A DNA stretch of 64,000 nucleotides from Tetramitus jugosus (GCA_937625935.1 OW569362.1:186001-250000); one strand, 5' to 3'; shown: positions 46,635 through 57,804, numbered from the stretch's first letter. Made by a program: numbers and translations. Notes: generated by a model from the sequence alone, not told the origin.

Positions 46635-46913
46635 ATGACAAAGCTGTATGAACTGTCGATTGAAGGAATGAAGTGTGGGTCTTGCGCCAAAAAAGTGGGA
46701 GATTCGCTGAAGGAAATGACTGGTGTTGAAGTGATTCGATTCGTCAGTCCAGAACGAAAGAGTGCTCTGGTACAAGTTGATGAGACAAAGTTTGAGCTCG
46801 AAGAAGCATCAAAGATGATTCAGGAGAAAGGATATCAGTTCTTGGGAGCAAAAGAGGTTGACGAAGCAAGTTTAAATCAAACAAAAACTGATAGTGGTTG
46901 CAATGTTCAGTGA
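46635..46913 (+). CDS. HMA-domain metallochaperone (Atx1/CopZ-like) with C-terminal CaaX
   Basis: IEGMKCGSC metal-binding motif and KGY loop; the protein ends CNVQ-stop. Confidence 0.85.
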   Translation: MTKLYELSIEGMKCGSCAKKVGDSLKEMTGVEVIRFVSPERKSALVQVDETKFELEEASKMIQEKGYQFLGAKEVDEASLNQTKTDSGCNVQ

Positions 46914-46990
46914 GTGATCTGAGAAGTAGAATAAAATTCAAGACAACCTTTGTACATTAATTCAAACTCGTTTTATATTCATCAATACAC

Positions 46991-48510
46991 TTACTCTAAT
47001 TGCTTCAATTCAGCTTGCAATGATTCGAGCATGGCCTCAGTACATGCACTAGGTGTTTTCATCACCATCTCATATACGCACCGACTTGGCTCATCCACAC
47101 TGACAATTTCTTCGGTGGAGCCACACTCCATCTTGACATCGCAACTTCTGTCAGGTCCCTGCCAGCATCTTGTTCCATGTTGGAACTTCATTGTAGTCTT
47201 GTCTTCATTCCAGCCAGAGAAAGTTCCCAAATATGTGCTGCCATGTTCCTTTTGGTTGGCTTTACCGTACATGCATGCCTCATAAGTATATTGACGTTGC
47301 TTCATGGAGAAACATCTCTCGTAGATTGGATAGTACTCGTTCTCACTGCCGAAATCAATGTTAAACAATGATTCAATCTTGGAGATTTGGCTACTCAAGG
47401 AATCAGTGTCCTTTTCCAATTGTTGAACAGTTTCTCTTGCCTTATCAGCCTCTGTTTTTGAATACAGTCCATGTAATGACCGAATCATTGAATAGTAGTA
47501 GTGCCACATGGAATGCCACATGAACGATAGAGAAGAAACGACTGTGGGTGTGAGTGAATCAGTATGTGATTAATGAATCGTTTTTGGACAAATAACAATA
47601 AATTGGTATTCAGGAGGGAGAACTAGTTCACCACCAAATAGATTACACAATAAATGAAAACATACCTTCAGTCTTAAAGCTCATCCATTCACTGTCCTCG
47701 TCTGCATTGTTGGCATCTTGTTGTTCTTCAGTTGCCTGTTGCTCTGCTTCTTCCTTGACTTCCTTTGGTTGTTGTTGAGCCTTCTCCAACTCCTTCTTCT
47801 GCTTCAACAGATTCTTCTCCACTTCTTCAATCTTCTCCACTCTTTCCTTCTCGGCTTCTGCTGTATTCTTCTCCGTTGTCTTTTCTTCCAATTGACTCTT
47901 CAATTGTTCAAGTTCCTTCTTCTTGGCATCGAATTCAACCTTGGCCTGTGTAGAGCGGTCCTTCTTAATCTTGAGACCAGTCTTTACGATATCAATCTTT
48001 GTCTTGATTTCTCTTCTCATGTCCTTGCCCAAATCACGACAATTGGATGGACATCTGCCCTTTGGTTCATCACTACCGTCACAACAATCTGTGAATCATA
48101 AAAAAGAAGAAGAAAATAATAGAGTTAGATTGATTCACATGATCATTATCACCAATATCAATCAATCAATCCATCCATCTACATGTTTGGTACTTACCAC
48201 AAATAGCATCATTCACTTTGCTTGGATGAATAAAGGATTCAACATAGCCTTGATTCTTGCAATGGAATCGGTTGGATTGTTTTTCAGCACTCACGTTTGG
48301 TGTTAGAATATGGATGTGAGAGCAAGCAGACGTCTCTGTTTCATCACTACCATCCGATTCACAATCACAGTAGTCGTCATTGATTTTGGAAGGATCGAGT
48401 GTATCACGACAGAGCTTTTGTTGTTGGGCAGAGACGATGGTTGTGCTTGCTAGAGCCATACAGGCAATGATCACAAGCAATAGTGTGAGAAAATGTTTGA
48501 TTTTGGTCAT
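46991..48510 (-). CDS. PRKCSH: Glucosidase II beta subunit, 3 exons; introns 48089-48197, 47542-47665
   Basis: Signal peptide, INDDYCDC..DGSDE.TSAC, VND.ICDCCDGSDE (after splicing), coiled coil, and MRH domain CWQGPDRS..V...CG...VDEPSRCVY..TP.AC. Confidence 0.9.
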
Positions 48511-48709
48511 GGTCGTTGTTGCTGTTATTGTTTTTTGGTGGTGTAAGCTTTTTGATTGCGCTTGGAAACACGTGGCGGAATTTCACTCGCGAGTGGAAAA
48601 CTGTGCGATTGCATCTACGAAGCTATTTCTGGAAGAGAAGAAGATTTCATGACAGGGTGGAAATTTTCGAGATATAATACATGAGAGAGATAAGAGGGTG
48701 TGTCACAAT

Positions 48710-49876
48710 TTAGTAGTAGATAGTGAGGGTTCTGTGATGAGGTTGCACTTCGTGTCTCATCTCTTCACCACGTTGCCACAACAACCAATCCAATTCAACA
48801 CTCTTGCATCTGATTCTGTGGTTCTTTTGCAGCACGTACTTGAGACGCTCTACGACCTGAACAGTTGCAGCTCTAATCTCTAATTCCTCAATGCTTCCAG
48901 AAGGTACCAACTTTTTCGAGTCAATCGTGTTCGACAATTGAGGAGAGTAAGTCAAGATTCCATAATGACGAAGAATTTGTGGTACTCTGTAATCGGCAAA
49001 CATGGTCAACCTGTGTAAATCTGTAAATTCTCCCAGTCCTTGATGCTTGAATGCACCCCAGACATCTGCACAAAAGATTTGAGCTCTCTTGTAGAAGAAT
49101 GCCTGTCTTCCATCAAGAGTATAAATGGCATGATCTCTGAATCCAGGGAAGAATGCAGTGACCAAGCTCACAAGTTTCACAACAGACTTGTTTGCAGATT
49201 GAATCAACTTTGATGCCTTTCCATCAAAGTGACGCTGTAAATTGAGACCAACCTCCCGTATCAACCGAGCTCTCTCCGATACCAATGGTACTTGTCTGCT
49301 CTTGAACCATCGGAACAATGTCTCCTCGGAGCAATGAATCAAATTGGATGCCTTGAACGCATTCTTGTCCTCCAACAACACATCTCTCAATGATCCCGCC
49401 AAGTCACAGTACTCAAACTCTTCTTCTGTGTCTCCTTCATTGTCACTGACTCCATCTTGAGCCAACGAAGGAACTACGTTGGACAAGGTAGCGCTCAAAT
49501 TTTTCTTGTACGGCCAAAAACAGAAATTCATGGCACTCAACACCAAAATGTACTGCGCAGTGGTGTCCTCATCGTTCAAATCTCTGAAATGAACCTTTTC
49601 ATTGTCCCATTCAATAAACAAGCTCTCAACAAAGCCGTCATGACTGATGGCATTGTTCAGTGAGAAGGAAGGATCAGAATTGGCATCACCAGATGATTGA
49701 TTATCGTCCTTGGATTGTTGTGTGGCATTGTCCTTGAGTGAACTCAATCGTTGAAAAACATCCTTTGACATGTCTGCTGCACACTGGTCAATGAGTGCGT
49801 CATTGATGGTGACATGATGCGATTTGAGCATGATTGCGTTGGTGGTGTCGAGCACTTGTTGGAGTGGATCTGCCAT
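48710..49876 (-). CDS. QNG1: Queuosine 5'-phosphate N-glycosylase / queuine salvage protein (DUF2419)
   Basis: NFCFW, FPGFRD, FYKRAQI, LTMFADYRVPQIL, EIRA, LD..LW and HHRT.TIYY. Confidence 0.92.
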   Translation of the reverse strand: MADPLQQVLDTTNAIMLKSHHVTINDALIDQCAADMSKDVFQRLSSLKDNATQQSKDDNQSSGDANSDPSFSLNNAISHDGFVESLFIEWDNEKVHFRDLNDEDTTAQYILVLSAMNFCFWPYKKNLSATLSNVVPSLAQDGVSDNEGDTEEEFEYCDLAGSLRDVLLEDKNAFKASNLIHCSEETLFRWFKSRQVPLVSERARLIREVGLNLQRHFDGKASKLIQSANKSVVKLVSLVTAFFPGFRDHAIYTLDGRQAFFYKRAQIFCADVWGAFKHQGLGEFTDLHRLTMFADYRVPQILRHYGILTYSPQLSNTIDSKKLVPSGSIEELEIRAATVQVVERLKYVLQKNHRIRCKSVELDWLLWQRGEEMRHEVQPHHRTLTIYY

Positions 49877-49971
49877 GATGGTTTCAATTGATTGATTTAT
49901 TCTTGTTGTTTGTCTTGTGAAGTTTTTTGGGTGCGTGTGGAAAATTGAAAAAGTGGAACCGTTCAAGTGGT

Positions 49972-51290
49972 TTATTCGGAGGAATGTTGAAGTAGCTTGC
50001 CGAGGATCCAATGCTTGATCTGGTTGGCTTTTGCGATGGTGGCAGAGTCATGTTGACTTTGTGACAAGAGACCATCCACCGTTTGATTGCTCTCCTTGAG
50101 CACTTCCATGGCTGCGTCTTTTCGGCCTTGCTTCATGAGGGCATCTGATCGCTTGACATTGGCATTTAGGGCTTCAATGTGCATTTCGTGCTTCTGACAC
50201 AACTCCAAAGCATCCAATAACCATTTTTCAGCTTCTTGTGCACTGTTCATTCCATACAATAGCAAATCAGAAAGCTTAATCATTGTAATGTACATTGATA
50301 CATACAACTGATCATTCAAGAGGAACTGATCGACGCTATTGTGGTAGTAATGTCTTGCATCATCAAATTGACGCGTCATTTGAGACCAATCAGCTAATTT
50401 TCCATAAAGAACACCCAACAGTTCTTCGTTGTCTGCTGTTGAATTCTCTGTTTGTAAGGGTGATGATGCATGAATCTCCAAAGCTTTTCTTGCATAATGG
50501 ATTGAACGCTGAACATCTGATTGCTGCAGAGCAAACTGAAATTGCAAAGCTACGGTGGGATACAGCGTATTGATATAAGAATCCACCAAAAATTGCTTGA
50601 ATTGATCATTTAACTTGTTCTTAACTTCACATTTACATCTAATATCACAACAACCAATCAACAATAATCAATCATACTGTCAGTCATATTACTTCTTTGA
50701 AAAAACACAATCACAGACGTGCATCGTATTAACAAACAAACATCATACATTTTACAGCTCAATTCACTCTCCTTATCATTATCACCTCCATTACAACTGC
50801 GAATATAACTCTGATAGCAATGAGCACAGTACGAGTGATGACATGGAGTCAACGTTACACAATTCACAATAAACTGATCACATATATTACACTTGAATTC
50901 ACTTCTATCGATTTGTGCCTTTTTCATATCTTTCATATAAGGGCAGAGACGCGCTGGATCATCATCATCATTCGTATTCTGATGACTTGCATTCATTGCT
51001 CTTGGTTTATCAAAGCCATAGGGACATGATGCAACAACTTCTGTTTGTGAGGATTGTAAGTGCGCTTCTTCTTGTTTCTCTTGGTTGAATGATGACTGTT
51101 CAACATCATCATGATTCGATATTTCTTGTTCTTGTTTGTCTGATGATGAGAATTGAGAGAGAAGCTGTTGTGCTTCATCAACAGACAAGTTGGATAAGTG
51201 AGGGCATTGGGCCATGAGAGATTGTAAGTCAACCATGGTTGTTGCTGCAGCAGCTATTGAATTGGTTGATGTTGCTCTATCGATCGTCAT
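49972..51290 (-). CDS. RING + TPR protein resembling plant NCA1 (catalase chaperone), ~402 aa, 2 exons; intron 50639-50748
   Basis: N-terminal CP motifs including SCPYGFD. RING CNIC...PCHHSYCAHC...CKIC, with the last CxxC formed by splicing. TPR segments LGVLYGKLAD and IKLSDLLLY parallel NCA1. Confidence 0.7.
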
Positions 51291-51390
51291 GTTGCAAATG
51301 CTGTTTTTGTTGTTTTTTCGAATACCGATTTTTGACCAAAAATAGGAGCAAAAATCCGACAGACCTATTTCCGTCACAGTGAGCGGCTCA

Positions 51391-53169
51391 CTACTGTAGA
51401 GAGCAGCTGGATGAAGGAGCAAGTTGATTTGGGTCAGTTGACGGCAAATGAGAGGCTGACTTGGATGTTGATAGGTTTTGTTCAATTGCACAAATGGTAT
51501 CAGAGTATTTAGCGTATTCACTCATTCGAATCGGGTGATAGTTGGATATTGTTGGTGCATGCTCTTTGAATGAGTGGATATGTGGCTCAAAGTCTGTGGT
51601 GGTGTTTCTGGGAACATACACAGACACCTCTAGGGAATCTAGCTGCAATGTTAGTTTTGCAGTCTTGCCAAGGTGTTTCAATCGTTCTACTACCATAGGA
51701 TATGGGATAGGTAGATCTTTGATTGCTACATGTCTCAGTGATTTGTGTTGCCACTGGAGTATATCAAAGAATGCTAGGAAATCCCCAAATTGTTCCCTAT
51801 TTTGGATAACTTCTTGAGTTGTGCATATTTTCGAATGTGATATAGTATAGGAGAACAGGAATGGAAGGATCTTGAACACCTGTTGGTTGAATAGGTTGAT
51901 GTCAGACATGCCCATAAACTCGAATACATCCAGATCTAAATCCAATACACTGACATTGTGGCTCAACGAGTGATGCTGGAGGATTTTCAACATATGCCCA
52001 TGAATATTGATATCTCTGATGGTCAGATGAAAATGCGACGTAAACAAGAATTTTCTGAGCAATGAACTAATGTTATCAACTTGACGTTGCGATTCAACAG
52101 TCAGGTGAAACAAATGTTTGGGCCACAACAAATCACTCTCATACTCATCAACTTCTTCCACATTTTCAATCTCAAAGTCGCGACCAAATGTAATTGAAAA
52201 GGGTTTCGTTCGTCTCCTATGTTCCTTCAAAATCTTGTTGTCTCTTTCATACAGATATGATAAAAGTTCTCTGAATAGCTTGAAAGACCACGAGGATGAT
52301 AGCCTGATATTCAAAATATTTGCATTGTTTGCTAACAGAGAAACACCTCCATATTGACAAGGAGACAGCAGTTTCGAATTTGTCACACCATAAAGGAATT
52401 CGGGCTGTTCGCATGAGAAACAAACTTGTTCGATCGTGTAGGGCTTGTACTGAGTCACAATCGAATAAATATCCAATGTGTTGAGAAATAGCTCTGATAG
52501 ATAGTTCAATGGTATGTTAATCATAATACTCTTTGTCTTATCTTCTCTATCATCACTAGATAACTTTTTCATTGCCTTCACATGGGTGATAGAACAGAGG
52601 AAACTGCTCACTTTCAAACTCAACAGACGAGATGTCTTGGACATATCGAGTCCCATTTTATCATTTGGCATTCCAGTCAACATGACGCTTGAGTAATCAC
52701 CTGCCTGGTTAAGGTTGACTGGGAAAGCACAGTGAAACTTGCTCTCAAAGAACAACTCAGTGAGGCTTCTGGAAAAATAATCCGATTGGAGATCCCACAA
52801 CTCAACCAAATCGGATCCCAGAAACCGAAACAACTCATGGTCCGTTATCTTGGCATTTGCATTCCACTTCTTGATCAAATGCATTTCAACACCCTTGAAT
52901 TGCTTTGGATTGCGTTTGAAAAATGTAGCAAACTCACATAGCATGTTATAAAAGCTGTGTAATCTCAGAGCTTCCTCATTACTGAATGGCTGCTGTAACG
53001 TGTTCCATATACCTCTGCGAGGCAGCAAGTAGCTTGCAGCTGTACGGCGGAATTTATGACAAGTTGGCGCGAAACCGGAGATGACCGTGTGAAGGGGGAG
53101 AAATTCAAGGATGGAAAATAAAATGTCTTTGCAGATGTAGACCTGTGCTCCATTGATTGTCCAGTTCAT
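51391..53169 (-). CDS. F-box-like protein with a divergent LRR-like body
   Basis: N-terminal ICKDILFSILEFLP...FAPTCHKFR F-box pattern. Confidence 0.55.
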   Translation of the reverse strand: MNWTINGAQVYICKDILFSILEFLPLHTVISGFAPTCHKFRRTAASYLLPRRGIWNTLQQPFSNEEALRLHSFYNMLCEFATFFKRNPKQFKGVEMHLIKKWNANAKITDHELFRFLGSDLVELWDLQSDYFSRSLTELFFESKFHCAFPVNLNQAGDYSSVMLTGMPNDKMGLDMSKTSRLLSLKVSSFLCSITHVKAMKKLSSDDREDKTKSIMINIPLNYLSELFLNTLDIYSIVTQYKPYTIEQVCFSCEQPEFLYGVTNSKLLSPCQYGGVSLLANNANILNIRLSSSWSFKLFRELLSYLYERDNKILKEHRRRTKPFSITFGRDFEIENVEEVDEYESDLLWPKHLFHLTVESQRQVDNISSLLRKFLFTSHFHLTIRDINIHGHMLKILQHHSLSHNVSVLDLDLDVFEFMGMSDINLFNQQVFKILPFLFSYTISHSKICTTQEVIQNREQFGDFLAFFDILQWQHKSLRHVAIKDLPIPYPMVVERLKHLGKTAKLTLQLDSLEVSVYVPRNTTTDFEPHIHSFKEHAPTISNYHPIRMSEYAKYSDTICAIEQNLSTSKSASHLPSTDPNQLAPSSSCSLQ

Positions 53170-53342
53170 GATTCGGTCACTCTTGCCAACTATTGGTCTT
53201 CACTTGTGTCAATTAGCAAGTTCGGACCTGTGTTTTTTTGGCTTTTTCTGCTGATCGGAGAAAACAGAAGAAAGGATTAATTTTGATAATTGGAGTTATT
53301 CATGAAGGAACAAAAGCTTGCCATTGACAACAAAGAGAGAAG

Positions 53343-54764
53343 ATGAGTCTCCAAGCGGATCATGAAGAAATGATTGCATTTCAAGAAGCAGCAAATGAAC
53401 AGGAACAACCTCAAAATGAGACAGAGCTGCCAAAAGAAGTTGAGCAACCATTACAAAAAACGGAGCAAAAAGAAGAAGGAGAAAATTCTCCAATCGAAGC
53501 ACAGGAAGAACAACAAGCGGTAGAAACTGAAGTTTTGCAGCAATCACCGAGATCATTCTCTCCAAGACCCATATTCATTGATGAATCCATACCTTACATG
53601 ATCATTTGTTGTCACAATCAATTTTGCTTGGATTGGAACACGAAACAGGCAAGACAAGTGGATCGTTATCATCCTCGTACATGTTTATCGAGTCAATTGA
53701 ATCCGTGTGTACGGAGTCAACTTTGGAATTTGCGTCGCGTGTTATTAAACTCTTCTGATCTGTCGGTAGAATCAGGAACGTCATTGAGCATGCCGGTGAC
53801 TATTGAGACATTTTTGTTGTGTGCAAATGAGTCGCAAGATTCAGTCTATGCAACCAATAATGGTAGTGGAAATGGCGGTAATGGTGGTACGCCCTCTTTC
53901 GCCGAAGTAGAAGAGCGTGCATTGGATGCCAATATTCAATCTCATATTTCGCAGTGGGATTATGCATTTCCAATGCCATTCTTGTACGGAAAACGTGAAA
54001 CTCACTTGAATCAATTATGGAGATTGCATCATGTGGGTAATGAGAACGCAAACACATTCTTTATCGTGAATCAGTCTCATGGGAAGTGCCTAGATGGCAA
54101 TGTCGATCTATGTGGACATGCAGATTTGAATTACAAGAGTCCTTATTTGAGACAATTCAAAGAGCAACAACCGATACGGAGTCAAATGTGGAAGATTCAT
54201 CCAGTAATTGCAGTGGGTTATGACCGGATTCCTTCGGGCAATTACTTAATTGTAAATGTGTCGAATGGAAGGTGTTTGGACAGTCAACCAGACAAAAATG
54301 GACAGACTTCATCGCTTCACCCTTGTGTATTCCTGGGTGAAAAATCAATGTACAATCCGTGCCTACATTGGCACTTGAAAGCCGCAGGCAACGATTCCTA
54401 TATTCTATCACCGAGATTTGATCCCGACACTAGACAACTGAGTGGAAAGCAAGAAATCAATGAAACAACTACGATACCTTTCCTTGTTCACAACGAAAGT
54501 TTGTTGCATGTGCACGTTGAAGAAGATGTGCCATATCGGCTGTGGAAGATATTTGCAGCACCTGGAGATGACACATTCTTCATTGTGTGTACAGCTAATG
54601 GGTTGTGTATCTCTGGATCATCTTACTCGTACCCAACAATGGAAAAAGTTGATTTGGTAGATCCCACTGCAACAGAAACAATGTGGAGATTGATACCAAT
54701 ACTGAAAAAGAGACAATCCTCGAGAATTGAAATTGATGAGATTTATCTGGAAACCAAGCAGTAA
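53343..54764 (+). CDS. Ricin-B (beta-trefoil) lectin-like repeat protein with acidic N-terminus
   Basis: Repeated I.N...G.CLD and Q.W motifs (SQLW, NQLW, SQMW, LHW, RLW, TMW). Confidence 0.65.
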   Translation: MSLQADHEEMIAFQEAANEQEQPQNETELPKEVEQPLQKTEQKEEGENSPIEAQEEQQAVETEVLQQSPRSFSPRPIFIDESIPYMIICCHNQFCLDWNTKQARQVDRYHPRTCLSSQLNPCVRSQLWNLRRVLLNSSDLSVESGTSLSMPVTIETFLLCANESQDSVYATNNGSGNGGNGGTPSFAEVEERALDANIQSHISQWDYAFPMPFLYGKRETHLNQLWRLHHVGNENANTFFIVNQSHGKCLDGNVDLCGHADLNYKSPYLRQFKEQQPIRSQMWKIHPVIAVGYDRIPSGNYLIVNVSNGRCLDSQPDKNGQTSSLHPCVFLGEKSMYNPCLHWHLKAAGNDSYILSPRFDPDTRQLSGKQEINETTTIPFLVHNESLLHVHVEEDVPYRLWKIFAAPGDDTFFIVCTANGLCISGSSYSYPTMEKVDLVDPTATETMWRLIPILKKRQSSRIEIDEIYLETKQ

Positions 54765-54818
54765 TATTTTATAGATAACAGACAATGGACCCAAAGTCAT
54801 TTTTGCTGGAACAAAAGT

Positions 54819-57712
54819 TTATGAAGTTCTACGCTTTCGATTGTTTCCTATGTCATCATCAGACTCGGAACTATTCGCATCTGTTGCAATATCTGCGATG
54901 TGCACTACTGGTGGTCGTAAATTATTCCATTCATTCGCTATGCAGTTTTGGAGCATAGCAGCAACAGAATACGCTTGTTCTAATGCACTTTACGGACAGA
55001 GTTAGTATTATGTGGAACAAGGTAATAAATAAAATATGCATAAACATACCACTTGAATCCTGGTTTGTTCTTGTGAAGAACAGCACACCTCCTCTCAGGA
55101 GATAAGTATGTGGCTGTTTGAAACTTTGCTCTAATGATTTGATCATGACTTATGGGTGTTGTGGGATATCTCTCCAAAAAGGTATTGACATCGAGAACAA
55201 CATCATTCATCGCCACATGATCAAACATAAAGTTATACCACACATCTCCAACATCATTATAGTCATAACTAGTTCGTTTCTGATTCATATCATCAGTAAA
55301 TGCTCTATAAAACCAGCGCATACAAGCATTTGCAGCTCCAGCATTCTGTGATACGAGGATGCAATTTTTTGCTGCGTCACAGCTGTCTACACCCAAGAAT
55401 GATAGAAAAGCTGACCATATACCAATCCAGTCATGCGAGCCGTCCTTCTCCGATACTCCATGGACATAAGCTCTTGTGTATTCCGCTATGGATTCTTTGT
55501 CTCTTGGTATTTTATGAGGATTTAAAATTTTGTGGAATCCATGCGTAATTGTTCCGTTCATGTTGAGTTGTATTGCTGCGATCTCAACAGGAATCACTGT
55601 CTCGATCGTAGCATTCGACAATGCAACCAAGCACTCAAAATCAATAATAAATATGCTGTCAATTCGATCAATTGCCCTACCCTCAGCTCTGTTTAACCGT
55701 ACACATACTTTGTCGAACACAGGCTTGTAGGATTTGACAAAAGTTTTGATAGTTCCCTTTGGATGAGAGAACAGCTCCTCGACAAAGCAATTTTGACTGT
55801 TCAAACCTCTGAGTACTTTCATAAAATATTTTACATCTCGTTTCTGTGCCAGTCGAGGCTGAAGTTTCTCTGCTTCCTCTCCCAACATGGCAGTAATTGT
55901 TTGCAACGTTAAAGTACGATAACCTTGGGGAATATCTTCCAAATCATAATCTTCATCATCGATGATTGGACAAGAGAACCCGATAGTGGCAATACAAGGG
56001 AGCACAGGATGATGAACAACCTTAATGTACTCCTCAATCACCTGTGAAATGCCACACTTTTGAACTAAAAGAGTCCGCAAGTCAGTCTTTCCTAAAATTC
56101 GCTTTGGATTCGCCACAATAATAAATCGGTCAATGTTGCTATCCATCGTTTTACTGAAGTTCGTATGTCTTCGATAGATGTGATTCATATTCGTTTTCAT
56201 TTTACTCACTTCGATTTCTTGAGTAATGTTCGATACAACGTCGCTAAACTTCCTCGTCTTCATATATCGTCTCCATGTTCGATCTTTCGTATTCATCTCA
56301 AAGAATACGCTATTCACAGTCATTTGTACATTGTCCATGAATTGATGCAACAAAATTTTCTCAACTTCACCAGCACCAGATGAAATGTATGTTCCAGATA
56401 AAAAATTGAGAATTCGCTCTTTGTTATGACTACTCACCATTTCGCAACCCTTAAACAACACTTCATTCAAGTAACGTGATATAATGCTCTTCTTTTGTGA
56501 TTCAGTGAATCCGTGTGCAATACTGGACAGAGAAACTTCTGTCGTTCGCTTTGTTGCTCCACTTGAATCAACAACGACCTCTGTAGATTCCAGCAAACGA
56601 ACAAGAGACTGTAGTAACATCATTGCTGTGCGCTCTGAGATAACTACACCAGATACGTGCTCCTCTGTCATAGTTTGTGTATCAATACCTCTACTTCTTC
56701 GATCAGACGATGAAGAATGTGCTGTTGTGGTTGAAACGCCTACCTGTTCATTGGTACGTCCGCCTCTACTATTGTAATGAGGATAACTCGAAGAAGATTG
56801 ATTGTTTCTATGACCAATACTACCTTCGTTATTGTATCCTAGTCTACGATCACCCCTTGATGCACCTCCCTCTCTGTTTTGCGGCGGGAATCGAGAAGGT
56901 GGTGGAGGTGTTGTTCGACCACTGCCATTCGAACGAGCACGTTCTGCAGCATTCGTTGGTAGAGGCAGTGGTGGTAGTACTGGCTTCTTTCGAATGGGAA
57001 TATTGAGTATATCATCCTCTCTCCGTGTAGGAGATGGATTCGCTGTTCCTTGATTCTGATCTCTATTGTCCATTGTTGCAGGAGCAGCTACTGTAGCTGT
57101 CACTGTTATTGCAGCAGTTTCAGATGCAAAAGTTGACGAAGACGGCGAACCTCTTCGTAATGCCGATTCCTGCTCATCCATCAATGAGTCTTCGTGTGGT
57201 TGCACCTTTACTCTTGCACCAAGATAGGAAGCATCATTTTGATCAACTCCACTGACATCATACTCACCACCATGTTCTGACAATCTCATTTCCTTCATTT
57301 CAACCCATTCACCCACATTGATGTTCTCTGAAAAATCAAACACTGAAACAATCATGGGCGTACTGTAACGATTGATTTGAATGAACACTGTCTCATCTGT
57401 GCTTGGTCTATTTAGCTTATAGTAGGAAAAATTACCTTCTTCTTTGACTGTGGTGGTAGTCAATTGACCCTCTTGGGCATAGTGATTATTGGTCATATTA
57501 TTGTGAATGTCATTGTTGTTGTTATGATGGATGTGATTGTTGGAAAAGCTTTGAGCTTGTTCTTGGTCCTCATCTTCGTCATCATCATCATCGTCATCAT
57601 CATCCACAACAGTGTTTAAATCAATGGGTCTACTTGGTGTGACTGACTGTTGTTGTTGCTGTTCATTGGAAGACATTATTGATGTGTCAGCTATTGTGTT
57701 TTTGTGGTGCAA
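54819..57712 (-). CDS. Maelstrom-domain protein with NELF-A C-terminal-like and RRM-like domains (~943 aa), 2 exons; intron 54988-55049
   Basis: IFIIDFE, IPVEIA, FHKILNP..IP, HG, CMRW and the spliced CAVLH......CAL (Maelstrom ECHC). The intron has a GTATGT donor, TACTAAC branch point and AAG acceptor. Confidence 0.7.
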
Positions 57713-57804
57713 TGAGATCGGAGTTCACGTCTTTGCTCGAACAATTCTTGTAATTTCCCAACAGCGGACTTTTATAAAATCACCAAAGAAAAATTCAACA
57801 ACAA

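Noticed and set aside
36010-49876. Pseudouridine synthase plus QNG1 as a tRNA-modification cluster
   Set aside because: They are not adjacent, and there is no evidence for operon-like organisation.
20225-57712. NXF1 and Maelstrom in one window as a piRNA-pathway cluster (cf. Drosophila Nxf2)
   Set aside because: They are over 30 kb apart with unrelated genes between, and NXF1 looks like the ordinary export factor.
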